From contig JACRLM010000066.1 in NCBI GenBank assembly GCA_016235255.1, positions 4,179 to 68,178 of the forward strand: a stretch of 64,000 nt of DNA. Direction: 5' to 3'. Each line of letters starts with the position of its first letter. Position 1 is the stretch's first letter. Positions 25,698 through 35,092 of this stretch are shown here, piece after piece. The DNA is from Nitrospinota bacterium. Lineage in GTDB: Bacteria; Nitrospinota_A; UBA7883; JACRLM01. The notes below the pieces were generated by a model, which was not told where the DNA came from, did no database searches, and saw nothing but the letters and a program-made list of their open reading frames with translations. The position numbers and the translations under genes are program-made.

Positions 25698-25856
25698 ATG
25701 GAAATAGTTGCTTTGATGGTCGCGTTGAGCGGGATTGTGGGCCTTTTGGGCATCAACAGGAAGTTCGGCTTCTGGGGTTATTTTTTCGCCTCCCTGTTGC
25801 TGACCCCGGCTATCGGGCTTTTGCTGGTGCTCGCGTCGTCGCCGCCGCGCAAGTGA
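25698..25856 (+). CDS. Small (52-aa) two-helix membrane protein, hypothetical
   Basis: SD AGGGAGG lies 6 nt upstream of the ATG at 25698. Two hydrophobic helices (IVALMVALSGIVGLLGI / GYFFASLLLTPAIGLLLVLA). No homology recognised. Confidence 0.35.
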   Translation: MEIVALMVALSGIVGLLGINRKFGFWGYFFASLLLTPAIGLLLVLASSPPRK

Positions 25857-25866
25857 AAGCCGGGGC

Positions 25867-26502
25867 TTAAAAGATTTGGGCCTGTTTGACGATGACAGGC
25901 TCGCCATGCCTGTCAAAAGCGGCGTGGCATATGTGACCTTCCCCCACGCTGACGGGGGTGATATACCATAGTTTGCCGTGGATCCGCGCCGCGCCGTCCA
26001 TAAGCCGCACTTCCTCCAAAGGTATCGAAAGCCCTCTGCCGTCGGCCTTGATGGCGCTCTCTTTCATCGTCCATATCCGGAAAAACCGGGCCAGGGGGTC
26101 TTGCGCCTTTTTGACTGATTCCATTTCATCGGCGGAGAAGTATCTTTCAAAACCGGAAATGTCCACATCCCGGACAATTTCCACGTCCACTCCCAGCCGG
26201 CAAGTTGAACTTATCGCGCACACGGCGATCTGGCCGGAATGTGAAAGGTTGAAATCAAAGTTCCCGCTGATAAACGGCCGGCCGAACTCGTTTGTTTTTA
26301 CCAGCCGTATCTCTTCCGGATCGCGGCCAACAAGTTCAAGGGCCTTGGCGATCAGAAGTTTTCCCGCCAGCGCAAGATGCCGGTCCTGCCATTTTCTGAA
26401 ACGTTCCACATCCGCTCTCATTTCAGCCGAGAGTTTGTTGACAAGCCGCTCCCATTCCCCCCCTTCAATCCGCCGCTGGACACGGCTGACCAGAATCTCC
26501 AT
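25867..26502 (-). CDS. Sfp-type 4'-phosphopantetheinyl transferase
   Basis: FNLSHSG, GVDVE and WTMKESAIKADG are the conserved PPTase motifs for CoA binding, Mg2+ and W..KES.KA. Divergently transcribed from the PKS/NRPS operon across a 196-bp AT-rich intergenic region. Confidence 0.85.
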   Translation of the reverse strand: MEILVSRVQRRIEGGEWERLVNKLSAEMRADVERFRKWQDRHLALAGKLLIAKALELVGRDPEEIRLVKTNEFGRPFISGNFDFNLSHSGQIAVCAISSTCRLGVDVEIVRDVDISGFERYFSADEMESVKKAQDPLARFFRIWTMKESAIKADGRGLSIPLEEVRLMDGAARIHGKLWYITPVSVGEGHICHAAFDRHGEPVIVKQAQIF

Positions 26503-26767
26503 CCGTTGTTTCCCTGATGATACACAGCTTACCGGGCCCGAAATCCCAGTTTATACGATATGGATGCTGACAGGAGCATAAATTAATAGTAACAAAACGA
26601 AATTTCTTTAGTAATTTCAGCTTGTTGTCAGATTTTAGACCCGTTATAACAAAGTTCTGTTGCGTCAAATTATTTAATGGGTTAGATTATTAAGCTGATT
26701 GGTGATCGTGGGGGGACGCATACTTTACCTTGATGGGGGAAACGTGTCCTCAAACGCGGTTAAAAAG

Positions 26768-29700
26768 ATGATTGTCCAAGCAGTTGAAATGGAAAAAGCC
26801 TTGAAATTTTCCTCGATCACCGAGGTTTTATCATGGCGGGCCTCCCGCAATGGCGATAAAACAGCCTTCACGTTCCTTCATGAAGGCAAAACTCCGGAGC
26901 GTTCCATTACATTCCGGCAGTTGGACGAGCAAGCATGCGCATTGGCCACAACACTTAAAGACCTGGGCGCCGAGGGGGAAAGGGCGTTGCTCATATATCC
27001 CGCCGGGATCGAGTTTGTGGTGGCGTTCATGGGATGCCTGTATGCGGGCGTCATCGCCGTCCCCCTCCCGCCGCCGGACTCGGCAAGATTGAAAAGGAGC
27101 CTTCCAAGGCTCAACCTTGTGGCGGAGGATTCCGGGGCCAAATTCGTCCTTTGCCTGGGAAACATGGCGCAAACGCTGGAATCTTCCCTGGTGGACTACA
27201 AATGGCTTAAAAGCATGCGCCTGATCGCCACTGACGGCCTTGGGATGGCGGGGCAAACCGGATTTAAGGGCGCCGCCGCGCCGGAAGGCATAGCTTATCT
27301 GCAATACACCTCCGGCTCCACCTCCGATCCCAAAGGGGTGATAGTGCGGCATGAAAACATCATGGCCAACTCCATGTGCGTACAACGCATGTGGAGCTAT
27401 TCGGAGGAGAGCGTATCGCTTGTGTGGATGCCCAATTTTCACGACTACGGGCTTGTGGACGGGATTATCCAGCCCATATTCTCCGGCGCTTCGTCATATT
27501 TAATGTCCCCGATGGCATTCCTGAAAAATCCGCTGCGGTGGGTGGAGGCGGTGTCGCGGTTCGGGGTGACAAACAGCGGAGGTCCGAACTTCGCCTTCGA
27601 ATACTGCGCCGCCAAAATCACACCGGAGAAAAAAGCGGGGCTGGACCTTTCACGATGGAAGGTGGCCCATTGCGGCGCCGAACCGATCCGCAAGGTTACT
27701 GTGGACAGTTTTACGAAAGAATTTTCCATATGCGGATTCGACAGCCGATCGTTCTACGCCGGATACGGCTTGGCCGAGGCCACGCTGATGGTCACCACCA
27801 AACGCCGGGGGAGCGAACCGCCGTTTTTTACCGCCTCCGCCGCAAGCCTGGAAAAAGACCTGGCCGTTCCGGCGGATGGAGGGCAAAAGGCCCGTCATAT
27901 CGCCGGATGCGGCGTCCCGGCGGGGGATATGGACGTGGTCATCGCCGATCCAGACAGCCATGCGCGGCTTGAGCCTGGAAAGATCGGCGAGGTGTGGGTG
28001 GCTGGCCAGCCGGTGTCGCCCGGCTACTGGGGGAAAGAAAAGGAGAGCGGCGATACTTTCCGCGCTCAACTTGCCGGGGAATCGGCCGCAAAATACCTTC
28101 GCACCGGCGACCTTGGATTCATGCTCGACGGCGAGTTGTATATCACAGGACGCCGAAAGGACCTGGTGATCATAGGCGGGGTGAACCATTATCCGCAGGA
28201 CATCGAACTGACGGTGGAAAGCTGCCACCCGAACCTCCGCAAGAACGGGTCGGCCGCGTTTTCCGTGGACGTGGAGGGGGAGGAGCGGCTTTGCGTTGTG
28301 GCGGAGGTGGACAGCGCCGCCAAGGAATTTGGCGCGATACTCCGGCAAATCATCTCGGCGGTCTCGGAAAACCACGAGTTGGAAGTCTTTGCGGCGGTCC
28401 TTATCAGGAAGGGGACGTTATTGAAGACCACCAGCGGCAAGGTCCAGCGCGGCGCCTGCCGTAAAGTGTTCCTCGAAGGGGGGCTGGAGGAGGCCGCCGT
28501 AATGCGGAAGAAAGCCATCGGGCACGCGTCCCACCCGGCAGGCGGTGGAACTGGCGCGGCTGGAAAAATTATGGCTAAAGAGCAGGCGGTAAATTCAATA
28601 TCCGTACTGCTCGCCCAAAGGCTTGGCCTGCGGTTGGAGGAAATCGTCCCCGCCGAAACGTTCTCAAGTTTCGGCCTGTCGTCGCGGGAGGCGGTACGTC
28701 TTGCCGGCGAACTTGAAGAGGCCTTCGGAATGGAGCTTGCGCCCACCATTCTCTGGAAATATCCGACGGTGGACTCTCTGGCGGGGCATTTATGCGGGGA
28801 AGCAGACCTGGCGCAGCCTTCATCTTTGGAGCGGCGCAACAAAAATTCAAGCAGCGAGCCCATCGCCATTGTGGGGATTGGCCTTAAGTTCCCGGGGGCG
28901 GACGATCCGGACTCGTTCTGGAGGATGCTTTTGGAGGGGAAGGACGCAATATCGGAAGTTCCCGCCGGAAGGTGGCCCATTGAAGATTATTACGATCCGG
29001 CCCCGGCCACACCCGGGAAGATGAACACCCGATGGGGAGGGTTCATCGACGGGGTGGACATGTTCGACGCTGAATTTTTCGGGATCACCCCCCGCGAGGC
29101 GGAAGCAATGGATCCGCAGCAGCGGCTTGTTCTGGAAACGGCATGGCGGGCGCTGGAGAACGCCGGGATTCCACCGGCGGGGCTTGCCGGATCGGCTGGC
29201 GGAGTGTTCATTGGCGTAAGCGCGGACGATTATTCCAGGCTCCAGTTCAATCAGTCGGCGTCGTCGAGCGCATACGCCGGCACAGGCTCATCGCTAAGCC
29301 TTACGGCCAACCGCCTGTCGTATTATCTGGACCTTAAAGGCCCTTCTCTGGCGGTGGACACGGCTTGCTCGTCATCCCTTATGGCCGTGCATCTTGCGGT
29401 GGGCGCCCTGCGGCGCGGCGAGTGCGATCTGGCGCTGGCCGGAGGGGTGAGCCTGACGCTCACACCGCACGCCACGGTGGCGTTGTCGCAGGCGAAAATG
29501 CTCTCTCCCACGGGGCGATGCAGGACTTTCGGCGCGGATGCGGACGGATACGCGCGCGGCGAAGGATGCGGCGTCGTGGTCATGAAAAGTCTTTCTGATG
29601 CGCTGGAAAGCGGCGACAGGATAATTGCAATTGTCCGCGGCTCGGCGGTGAACCAGGACGGCAGGAGCAACGGGCTGACCGCGCCAAACGGGCTTTCCCA

Positions 29701-32700
29701 GGTGGAAGTGATGCGCCGCGCGCTGTCGGACGCAGGTGTGGAGCCGCGCAGCGTGGGATATGTGGAGGCCCACGGCACCGGCACTCCTCTGGGCGATCCG
29801 ATAGAGATGGAATCGATAAAGACCGCCTTTGGCGGAGCGGATGGGGATGAGGCTCCATGCCATACCAGCTCCGTGAAAACGAACATAGGCCATCTGGAGG
29901 CGGCGGCTGGGGTGGCAGGGCTTATCAAAACGGCGCTGTCTCTGTGGCACGGGAAGATACCACCCCATGCGAATCTGAAAAAAATCAATCCGCTGATAAA
30001 GCTTGAAGGGACGCGGTTTGCCATTCCCGAGAAGGTGGAGACATTCCATTCGCATAACGGCGTCCGGCGGGCGGGGGTGAGTTCTTTCGGATTCGGCGGG
30101 GCGAACGCCCATGTGATACTTGAAAGCCACGATCAGCCGATTGATGCGCCATCAACGCCGGAAAGACCCTTGCACGTCATCGCCATCTCCGCCAAGAACG
30201 GCGCGGTTCTTATGGAACTTGCCGCAAAATATCTGAACCTTTTGGAAAGTGATCCGGCGATCCGGCTTGCCGATCTGGCCTGCGCGGCCAACGCCGGGCG
30301 CTCCCACATGCCGGTGCGGGCGGCGTTTGTGGCCGGGTCCTGCGCCGAACTTGCGGAGAAACTTCGCGTATTTATCAGGGAGGGCGCTCCGGCGAAGAAA
30401 AGCGCGGGCGTGAAAACCGGCGATACGTCCAGGCTCCCGGCCCATGATGAGGATATGTTTGCAAGCAGGGAGAAACTCGAACAACTGGCGGCCGCATACA
30501 GGGACGGCGTCAACGTGGACTGGACGAAGTATTATTCAAGGCGGCGGTGTACTGCCTTTGGCGCCCCTTTATATCCGTTCCAGCGCAAGCGCCATTGGGC
30601 TTTAACCGAACATCATGGAACACAGCCCGGCCGCGCCGCCACGGAGCTTCCGGGGGAGAAGATCGAATTGGCCGATCCTCCCGGCGGCTGTGTCTATCAA
30701 GGCGCGATATCGGCTGCGGCGACTCCCTGGATCGCAGGGCACATAATAAACGGTGAAATGGCGCTTCCCGGCGTAGCGTACATGCTTATGGCCCTGGACG
30801 CGGCTTTCGGAGAAGGGGAATCCGTGGCCGGCGTCGAAATGAACGATATACGGTTTGACAACCTGATCATCGTCAGGGGGGCGGGGCAAAAGGATATTTT
30901 CACCCAATGCACTCCGGATGGGGATGGCCACTCAATCGCTATTTACTCCGCGCCAGATATCAACCACATGAAATGCGGGATTCGCAAATATCCGCGGTCC
31001 GGCCAATCCCGCGGTCTGTTGCCTGTGGATGAAATAAAAGCGAGGCTCGGCGAACCATCAACAGGGGCCCGATTCTATGAGGCATGGGTCGGCCGGGGTT
31101 TCAGCTGGAGCGAAGGTTTTAACAACGTTACAGATTTGTGGACAGGGGAGGGGGAGGCGCTGGCGTTGGTGGAAACGCCATCGGGCTCCGGTCTTGGCGT
31201 ACGCGCCGGAATTCTTGACGCCTGCGGCCATTCTTTGGCCGAGATCGCCGGGGGGATGAACAAGGGAGTCTTCGTCTTCAAATCGGCGGACTCGTTCAGG
31301 ATGCACCTGCCCATCGCCGGGAAGAAGTTTTGGTCCCACGCAACGGGCAATTACAGCGCGGTGGAAAATGCGCTGACCGGGGACATCACCATCGCTTTGG
31401 AGACAGGCGAAGTGGCCGCGGAATTTCGCGGGGTGCGATTGGTGTTCATAAACGCCATGGCGGAAGCCGCGGCCGTACCCGCCGCCAAAGAGGCCGATCC
31501 GATCAATGACGATCTTCTCCAGACCTACGGCGCGGACATGGAAAAGGCGATCCGCGCATGGCTGGCCTCGGAAGCGGGCCGGATATTCATGATCAAGGAA
31601 GACGAAATTGATATAGACACACCGCTGGGGGCGCTTGGGATGGACTCCCTCATGGCGATGGACCTGGCCGACTCGATATCCGCCAGGTTGAAAATCAAAA
31701 TCAGCGCTGTGGAACTGATGGGGGACGATGTGAGCCTTGCCGGGCTTGCAAAGCATCTTGCCGGGCCGCTTCCGGACACTGCGAATGAAGCGGCCGGGCT
31801 TATAATCCCGGAGGCACCCACGGCGGAAAATTTTTCTCCCCTTTCATACGGGCAGCGCGCGCTGTGGTTTGTCAGCAAAATGTCGCCGGACAGCGCGGCG
31901 TACAATGTGGCCTTCGCCGCCGCCATCCGTTCGCAAATCGGCCATGGAGCGTTGCGCGCCGCCCTCGATACGCTGGCGCAAAGGCATCCGGCTTTGCGGA
32001 CGGTGTTCACGATGGCGGGCGGGGAAGTCAAATGCAGGGAATTGGAGGAGGGAAGGATCGAATTCAACGTCACGCAAGCGCTGGGATCCGATGACGCGGC
32101 TGTCCGGGAACAGGTGAACAAAGCTTACGGGCGTCCCTTTGACCTTGAGAACGGCCCCCTGGCGCGGGTGGACATCTTCACCCGCTCGCCCAAAGATCAC
32201 GTCATGCTCGTCACGGTGAGCCATATCATCTGCGATGGATGGTCGCTGTGGCTGCTGATGGACGAGATGGGCAAGCTTTACGGGGCGCAAGTAAAAGGGA
32301 CAACGGCGGACCTGCCTCCGGTGGCCAAAACGTACGGCGATTTCACCTCGTGGCAAAAGGGGATGGTGGACGGGCCGGAGGGGCGCAAGAGCCTTGAATA
32401 CTGGACGAAACGGATTTCCGGGGACATCCCGCCACTGGATCTGCCCGTGGACAGACCAAGGCCGGAGGTGAAAACGGAGAACGGCGCCACTGTCAATTTT
32501 GATATGCCGGGAAACGTTTCGGAAGGGATCAAAAGGCTGGCCAGGGAGGCGAACACCACCCCCTATACAGTGGCGCTCTCCGCCTTTTTCGCGTTTTTAT
32601 ACAGGTACACCAACCAGGAAACATTGCTTGCCGGATCGCCGATGGCCGCGCGCCCTTCCTCCGGGTTTTACGGAGTGGCGGGTGATTTCGTCAATCCGGT

Positions 32701-35092
32701 GGTGATGCGGGCGGACATCAAAAAGGGGCAGACCTTCAGGAGCCTTCTGGATCAGACGCGCGCCGTTGTGATGGAGGCGATGGAACGGCAGGACTACCCG
32801 TTCGGGCTGCTGGTGGAAAAACTGAAAGTCCGGCGCGACCCGGCCCGTTCGCCGCTGTTCGATGTCATGTTCATCTACCAGAAGCCGCAGCAGTCCGCCG
32901 GGATAATCGGCATGATGGCCGTGGCAGGGAACGGAGCTTCCTTCGAATGGGGAGGGCTTGCCATGGCCCCGTTTGGCGTGGCGCAGCAGGAAGGGCAGAT
33001 GGACCTGGCCCTGGAAATAGCCGAGACTCCGGACGCAATGTTCGGCTCCATGAAATACAACACGGACATTTATGGTTCGCAGACCGTTTCACGCATGGCT
33101 TCGCATTATATGCGGATGCTGGAAGCCGCGATAAATTCACCGGACACGCCAATCGCCGCCGCCCCGATGATGCGCGACGAAGAGCTCCGGGGGGAGATAG
33201 ACACGTGGAACGCCACGGACATCCGGTTTGACATGCCGCGCCCTGTTCACGAAATATTCGAGGAAGCGGCGCGCCGGGCGCCACAATCGCCAGCCGTGAT
33301 TTCTGAAACAGGCCGGATTACTTATGGAGAGCTGGACGCCGCTTCGGACAGGATCGCTCTAAGGCTCGTTGAAGAAGGATGCGTTCCCGGAGGGCTTGCG
33401 GCGGTGTTCATGGAACGCTCGCCGGAGGCGCTGGCGGGGATCATCGGCGCGATGAAGGCGGGGCTCGCCTATGTCCCGGTGGACCCGGAATACCCGGCGC
33501 AACGGGTGGAGTTCATGCTTGGCGACGCTTGCCCGGCGGCGGTGATCGCAAACAGCCGGACGGCGTCAAGGCTTGCTCCCGGCAAATGGAAAATCATCCC
33601 GGCCGATTCACCATTGAACGGCGCCAAAGGCCCGGCAAAGGCTAAAACTGAGGCGAAAGTTGCGATGGACTGTCTGGCATATGTGATATACACCTCCGGC
33701 TCCACGGGAACGCCTAAAGGAGTGATGGTCACGCACGCCAATCTTTTCAACTCCACCATGGCCCGGATGGCGTATTACGCCAAAGCGCCGGAACGATACC
33801 TTCTATTATCGTCATTGTCGTTCGACAGCTCCGTGGCGGGGCTGTTCTGGACATTATGCTCGGGCGGGGCGATTGTCCTGCCGCCGAAGGATTTTGGCAA
33901 AGACATCGGTTCGCTGGCGGACTTGATCGCGCGGGAGAAAGTGACGCACACCCTGGCGCTTCCTTCGCTTTATTCGCTCCTGTTGGGCGGGCCGGACGCA
34001 TCAAAGCTTGAAAGCCTCAAGGTGGTGATAGCCGCCGGGGAGGTGATCCCGCCATCCCTGCCTGTCCGGCATCATGACCTGGCGCCGGGAGCGGATTTTT
34101 ACAACGAATATGGCCCCACGGAAGGGACGGTGTGGTGCTGCGCTCATAAATGCGAAGCGGACAACGGCGCTTCGGCCGTTCCCATCGGGCGGCCCATCGC
34201 CAACGCGAAGCTATATGTCCTCAATGAAGCGATGGAACCTGCGCCGGCAGGTGTGGCAGGGGAGCTGTACATCGGCGGGCCGCAGGTGGCCAAAGGTTAT
34301 TTGAACCAGCCGGAACTTACGGAAGAAAGATTCGTGGCGGACCCGTTTTCGCGCGGCGGCCGGCTTTACAGGACCGGGGACATCGCGCGGCGTTTAAAAG
34401 ACGGCGCCCTGGAATTCATCGGCAGGATGGACGGGCAGGTGAAGGTCCGTGGATACAGGATAGAACAGGGAGAAATCGAGGCGGCGCTGCTTGCGCACCC
34501 TTCCGTAAAGGAAGCGGCAGTGACTGCGTGGAGCGATCCGTCCGGCGGCAAGCGAATCGTCGCATACATAACCTCCGCCAATGGGGCGCTGGACGTGTTG
34601 CGTATAAAGGAATACCTGGGAGGAAAGCTCCCTTCATTCATGGTCCCTTCGGCGATTGTTACCCTGGATGCGATGCCGCTGTCGCCAAATGGCAAGCTGG
34701 ACAAAAAGGCGCTCCCCGCCCCGGACATGGACACCTTGCGCGGGGAAAATGAATACACTCCTCCGTCCAACGAGATGGAGACGCTCATCGCGTCTGTGTG
34801 GGGCGGGCTGCTGAACATGGAAAAAGTGGGGGCGCGGGACAATTTTTTCGATATGGGGGGCCATTCGCTGCTCATGGCGCGGGCGCACGCGGCCTTGCAG
34901 GAAAAAATGGCGAGGAACTTCTCGATAGTGGAAATGTACAAGAATCCGACCATAGAGTCGCTGGCCGCCGCCCTTGCCGGGAACGGTGATGACGGCGCAC
35001 CTTCCGCCAAACTTGCGGAAGCGGCGGCCCGGGGGGGACTGCGGGGCGAAATGAGCCGGATGCGGGCGGCCAGGCGCGGGATGAAAAAATGA
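26768..35092 (+). CDS. Hybrid loading/PKS/NRPS megasynthase: FAAL - ACP - KS - (AT-less linker) - DH - ACP - C - A - T
   Basis: - FAAL (about 26.8 to 28.5 kb): AFTFL...ERALLIYPAGIEFVVAFMGCLYAGVIAVPLPPP, YLQYTSGSTSDPKG.
- ACP (about 28.6 to 28.8 kb): FGLSSREAVRL.
- KS (28.85 to 30.13 kb): DTACSSSL, EAHGTGT, NIGHLEAAAG.
- Linker: post-AT-type YPFQRKRHW without an AT core.
- DH (about 30.6 to 31.4 kb): HIINGEMALP = HxxxGxxxxP, plus DACGH.
- ACP (about 31.6 kb): LGMDSLMAM.
- C (about 31.85 to 33.15 kb): SHIICDGWS.
- A (about 33.2 to 34.75 kb): YTSGSTGTPKG, NEYGPTEGTV, YRTGD, GRMDGQVKVRGYRIE.
- T (about 34.8 kb): FFDMGGHSLLM.
The start could be 26699, 26768 or 26789. Confidence 0.92.
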   Translation: MIVQAVEMEKALKFSSITEVLSWRASRNGDKTAFTFLHEGKTPERSITFRQLDEQACALATTLKDLGAEGERALLIYPAGIEFVVAFMGCLYAGVIAVPLPPPDSARLKRSLPRLNLVAEDSGAKFVLCLGNMAQTLESSLVDYKWLKSMRLIATDGLGMAGQTGFKGAAAPEGIAYLQYTSGSTSDPKGVIVRHENIMANSMCVQRMWSYSEESVSLVWMPNFHDYGLVDGIIQPIFSGASSYLMSPMAFLKNPLRWVEAVSRFGVTNSGGPNFAFEYCAAKITPEKKAGLDLSRWKVAHCGAEPIRKVTVDSFTKEFSICGFDSRSFYAGYGLAEATLMVTTKRRGSEPPFFTASAASLEKDLAVPADGGQKARHIAGCGVPAGDMDVVIADPDSHARLEPGKIGEVWVAGQPVSPGYWGKEKESGDTFRAQLAGESAAKYLRTGDLGFMLDGELYITGRRKDLVIIGGVNHYPQDIELTVESCHPNLRKNGSAAFSVDVEGEERLCVVAEVDSAAKEFGAILRQIISAVSENHELEVFAAVLIRKGTLLKTTSGKVQRGACRKVFLEGGLEEAAVMRKKAIGHASHPAGGGTGAAGKIMAKEQAVNSISVLLAQRLGLRLEEIVPAETFSSFGLSSREAVRLAGELEEAFGMELAPTILWKYPTVDSLAGHLCGEADLAQPSSLERRNKNSSSEPIAIVGIGLKFPGADDPDSFWRMLLEGKDAISEVPAGRWPIEDYYDPAPATPGKMNTRWGGFIDGVDMFDAEFFGITPREAEAMDPQQRLVLETAWRALENAGIPPAGLAGSAGGVFIGVSADDYSRLQFNQSASSSAYAGTGSSLSLTANRLSYYLDLKGPSLAVDTACSSSLMAVHLAVGALRRGECDLALAGGVSLTLTPHATVALSQAKMLSPTGRCRTFGADADGYARGEGCGVVVMKSLSDALESGDRIIAIVRGSAVNQDGRSNGLTAPNGLSQVEVMRRALSDAGVEPRSVGYVEAHGTGTPLGDPIEMESIKTAFGGADGDEAPCHTSSVKTNIGHLEAAAGVAGLIKTALSLWHGKIPPHANLKKINPLIKLEGTRFAIPEKVETFHSHNGVRRAGVSSFGFGGANAHVILESHDQPIDAPSTPERPLHVIAISAKNGAVLMELAAKYLNLLESDPAIRLADLACAANAGRSHMPVRAAFVAGSCAELAEKLRVFIREGAPAKKSAGVKTGDTSRLPAHDEDMFASREKLEQLAAAYRDGVNVDWTKYYSRRRCTAFGAPLYPFQRKRHWALTEHHGTQPGRAATELPGEKIELADPPGGCVYQGAISAAATPWIAGHIINGEMALPGVAYMLMALDAAFGEGESVAGVEMNDIRFDNLIIVRGAGQKDIFTQCTPDGDGHSIAIYSAPDINHMKCGIRKYPRSGQSRGLLPVDEIKARLGEPSTGARFYEAWVGRGFSWSEGFNNVTDLWTGEGEALALVETPSGSGLGVRAGILDACGHSLAEIAGGMNKGVFVFKSADSFRMHLPIAGKKFWSHATGNYSAVENALTGDITIALETGEVAAEFRGVRLVFINAMAEAAAVPAAKEADPINDDLLQTYGADMEKAIRAWLASEAGRIFMIKEDEIDIDTPLGALGMDSLMAMDLADSISARLKIKISAVELMGDDVSLAGLAKHLAGPLPDTANEAAGLIIPEAPTAENFSPLSYGQRALWFVSKMSPDSAAYNVAFAAAIRSQIGHGALRAALDTLAQRHPALRTVFTMAGGEVKCRELEEGRIEFNVTQALGSDDAAVREQVNKAYGRPFDLENGPLARVDIFTRSPKDHVMLVTVSHIICDGWSLWLLMDEMGKLYGAQVKGTTADLPPVAKTYGDFTSWQKGMVDGPEGRKSLEYWTKRISGDIPPLDLPVDRPRPEVKTENGATVNFDMPGNVSEGIKRLAREANTTPYTVALSAFFAFLYRYTNQETLLAGSPMAARPSSGFYGVAGDFVNPVVMRADIKKGQTFRSLLDQTRAVVMEAMERQDYPFGLLVEKLKVRRDPARSPLFDVMFIYQKPQQSAGIIGMMAVAGNGASFEWGGLAMAPFGVAQQEGQMDLALEIAETPDAMFGSMKYNTDIYGSQTVSRMASHYMRMLEAAINSPDTPIAAAPMMRDEELRGEIDTWNATDIRFDMPRPVHEIFEEAARRAPQSPAVISETGRITYGELDAASDRIALRLVEEGCVPGGLAAVFMERSPEALAGIIGAMKAGLAYVPVDPEYPAQRVEFMLGDACPAAVIANSRTASRLAPGKWKIIPADSPLNGAKGPAKAKTEAKVAMDCLAYVIYTSGSTGTPKGVMVTHANLFNSTMARMAYYAKAPERYLLLSSLSFDSSVAGLFWTLCSGGAIVLPPKDFGKDIGSLADLIAREKVTHTLALPSLYSLLLGGPDASKLESLKVVIAAGEVIPPSLPVRHHDLAPGADFYNEYGPTEGTVWCCAHKCEADNGASAVPIGRPIANAKLYVLNEAMEPAPAGVAGELYIGGPQVAKGYLNQPELTEERFVADPFSRGGRLYRTGDIARRLKDGALEFIGRMDGQVKVRGYRIEQGEIEAALLAHPSVKEAAVTAWSDPSGGKRIVAYITSANGALDVLRIKEYLGGKLPSFMVPSAIVTLDAMPLSPNGKLDKKALPAPDMDTLRGENEYTPPSNEMETLIASVWGGLLNMEKVGARDNFFDMGGHSLLMARAHAALQEKMARNFSIVEMYKNPTIESLAAALAGNGDDGAPSAKLAEAAARGGLRGEMSRMRAARRGMKK

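Noticed and set aside
25650-25700. GC hairpin GCGGGG-agatggcg-CCCCGC right after the SBP stop, as a terminator
   Set aside because: It has no downstream U-tract, and it overlaps the SD of the following small membrane-protein gene. It is more likely incidental.
26699-26767. First 23 codons of the longest megasynthase ORF (MVIVGGRILYLDGGNVSSNAVKK)
   Set aside because: They lie within the AT-rich promoter region and are unlike FAAL N-termini. The start was moved to the ATG at 26768; 26789 is also possible. Either way the product is unaffected.
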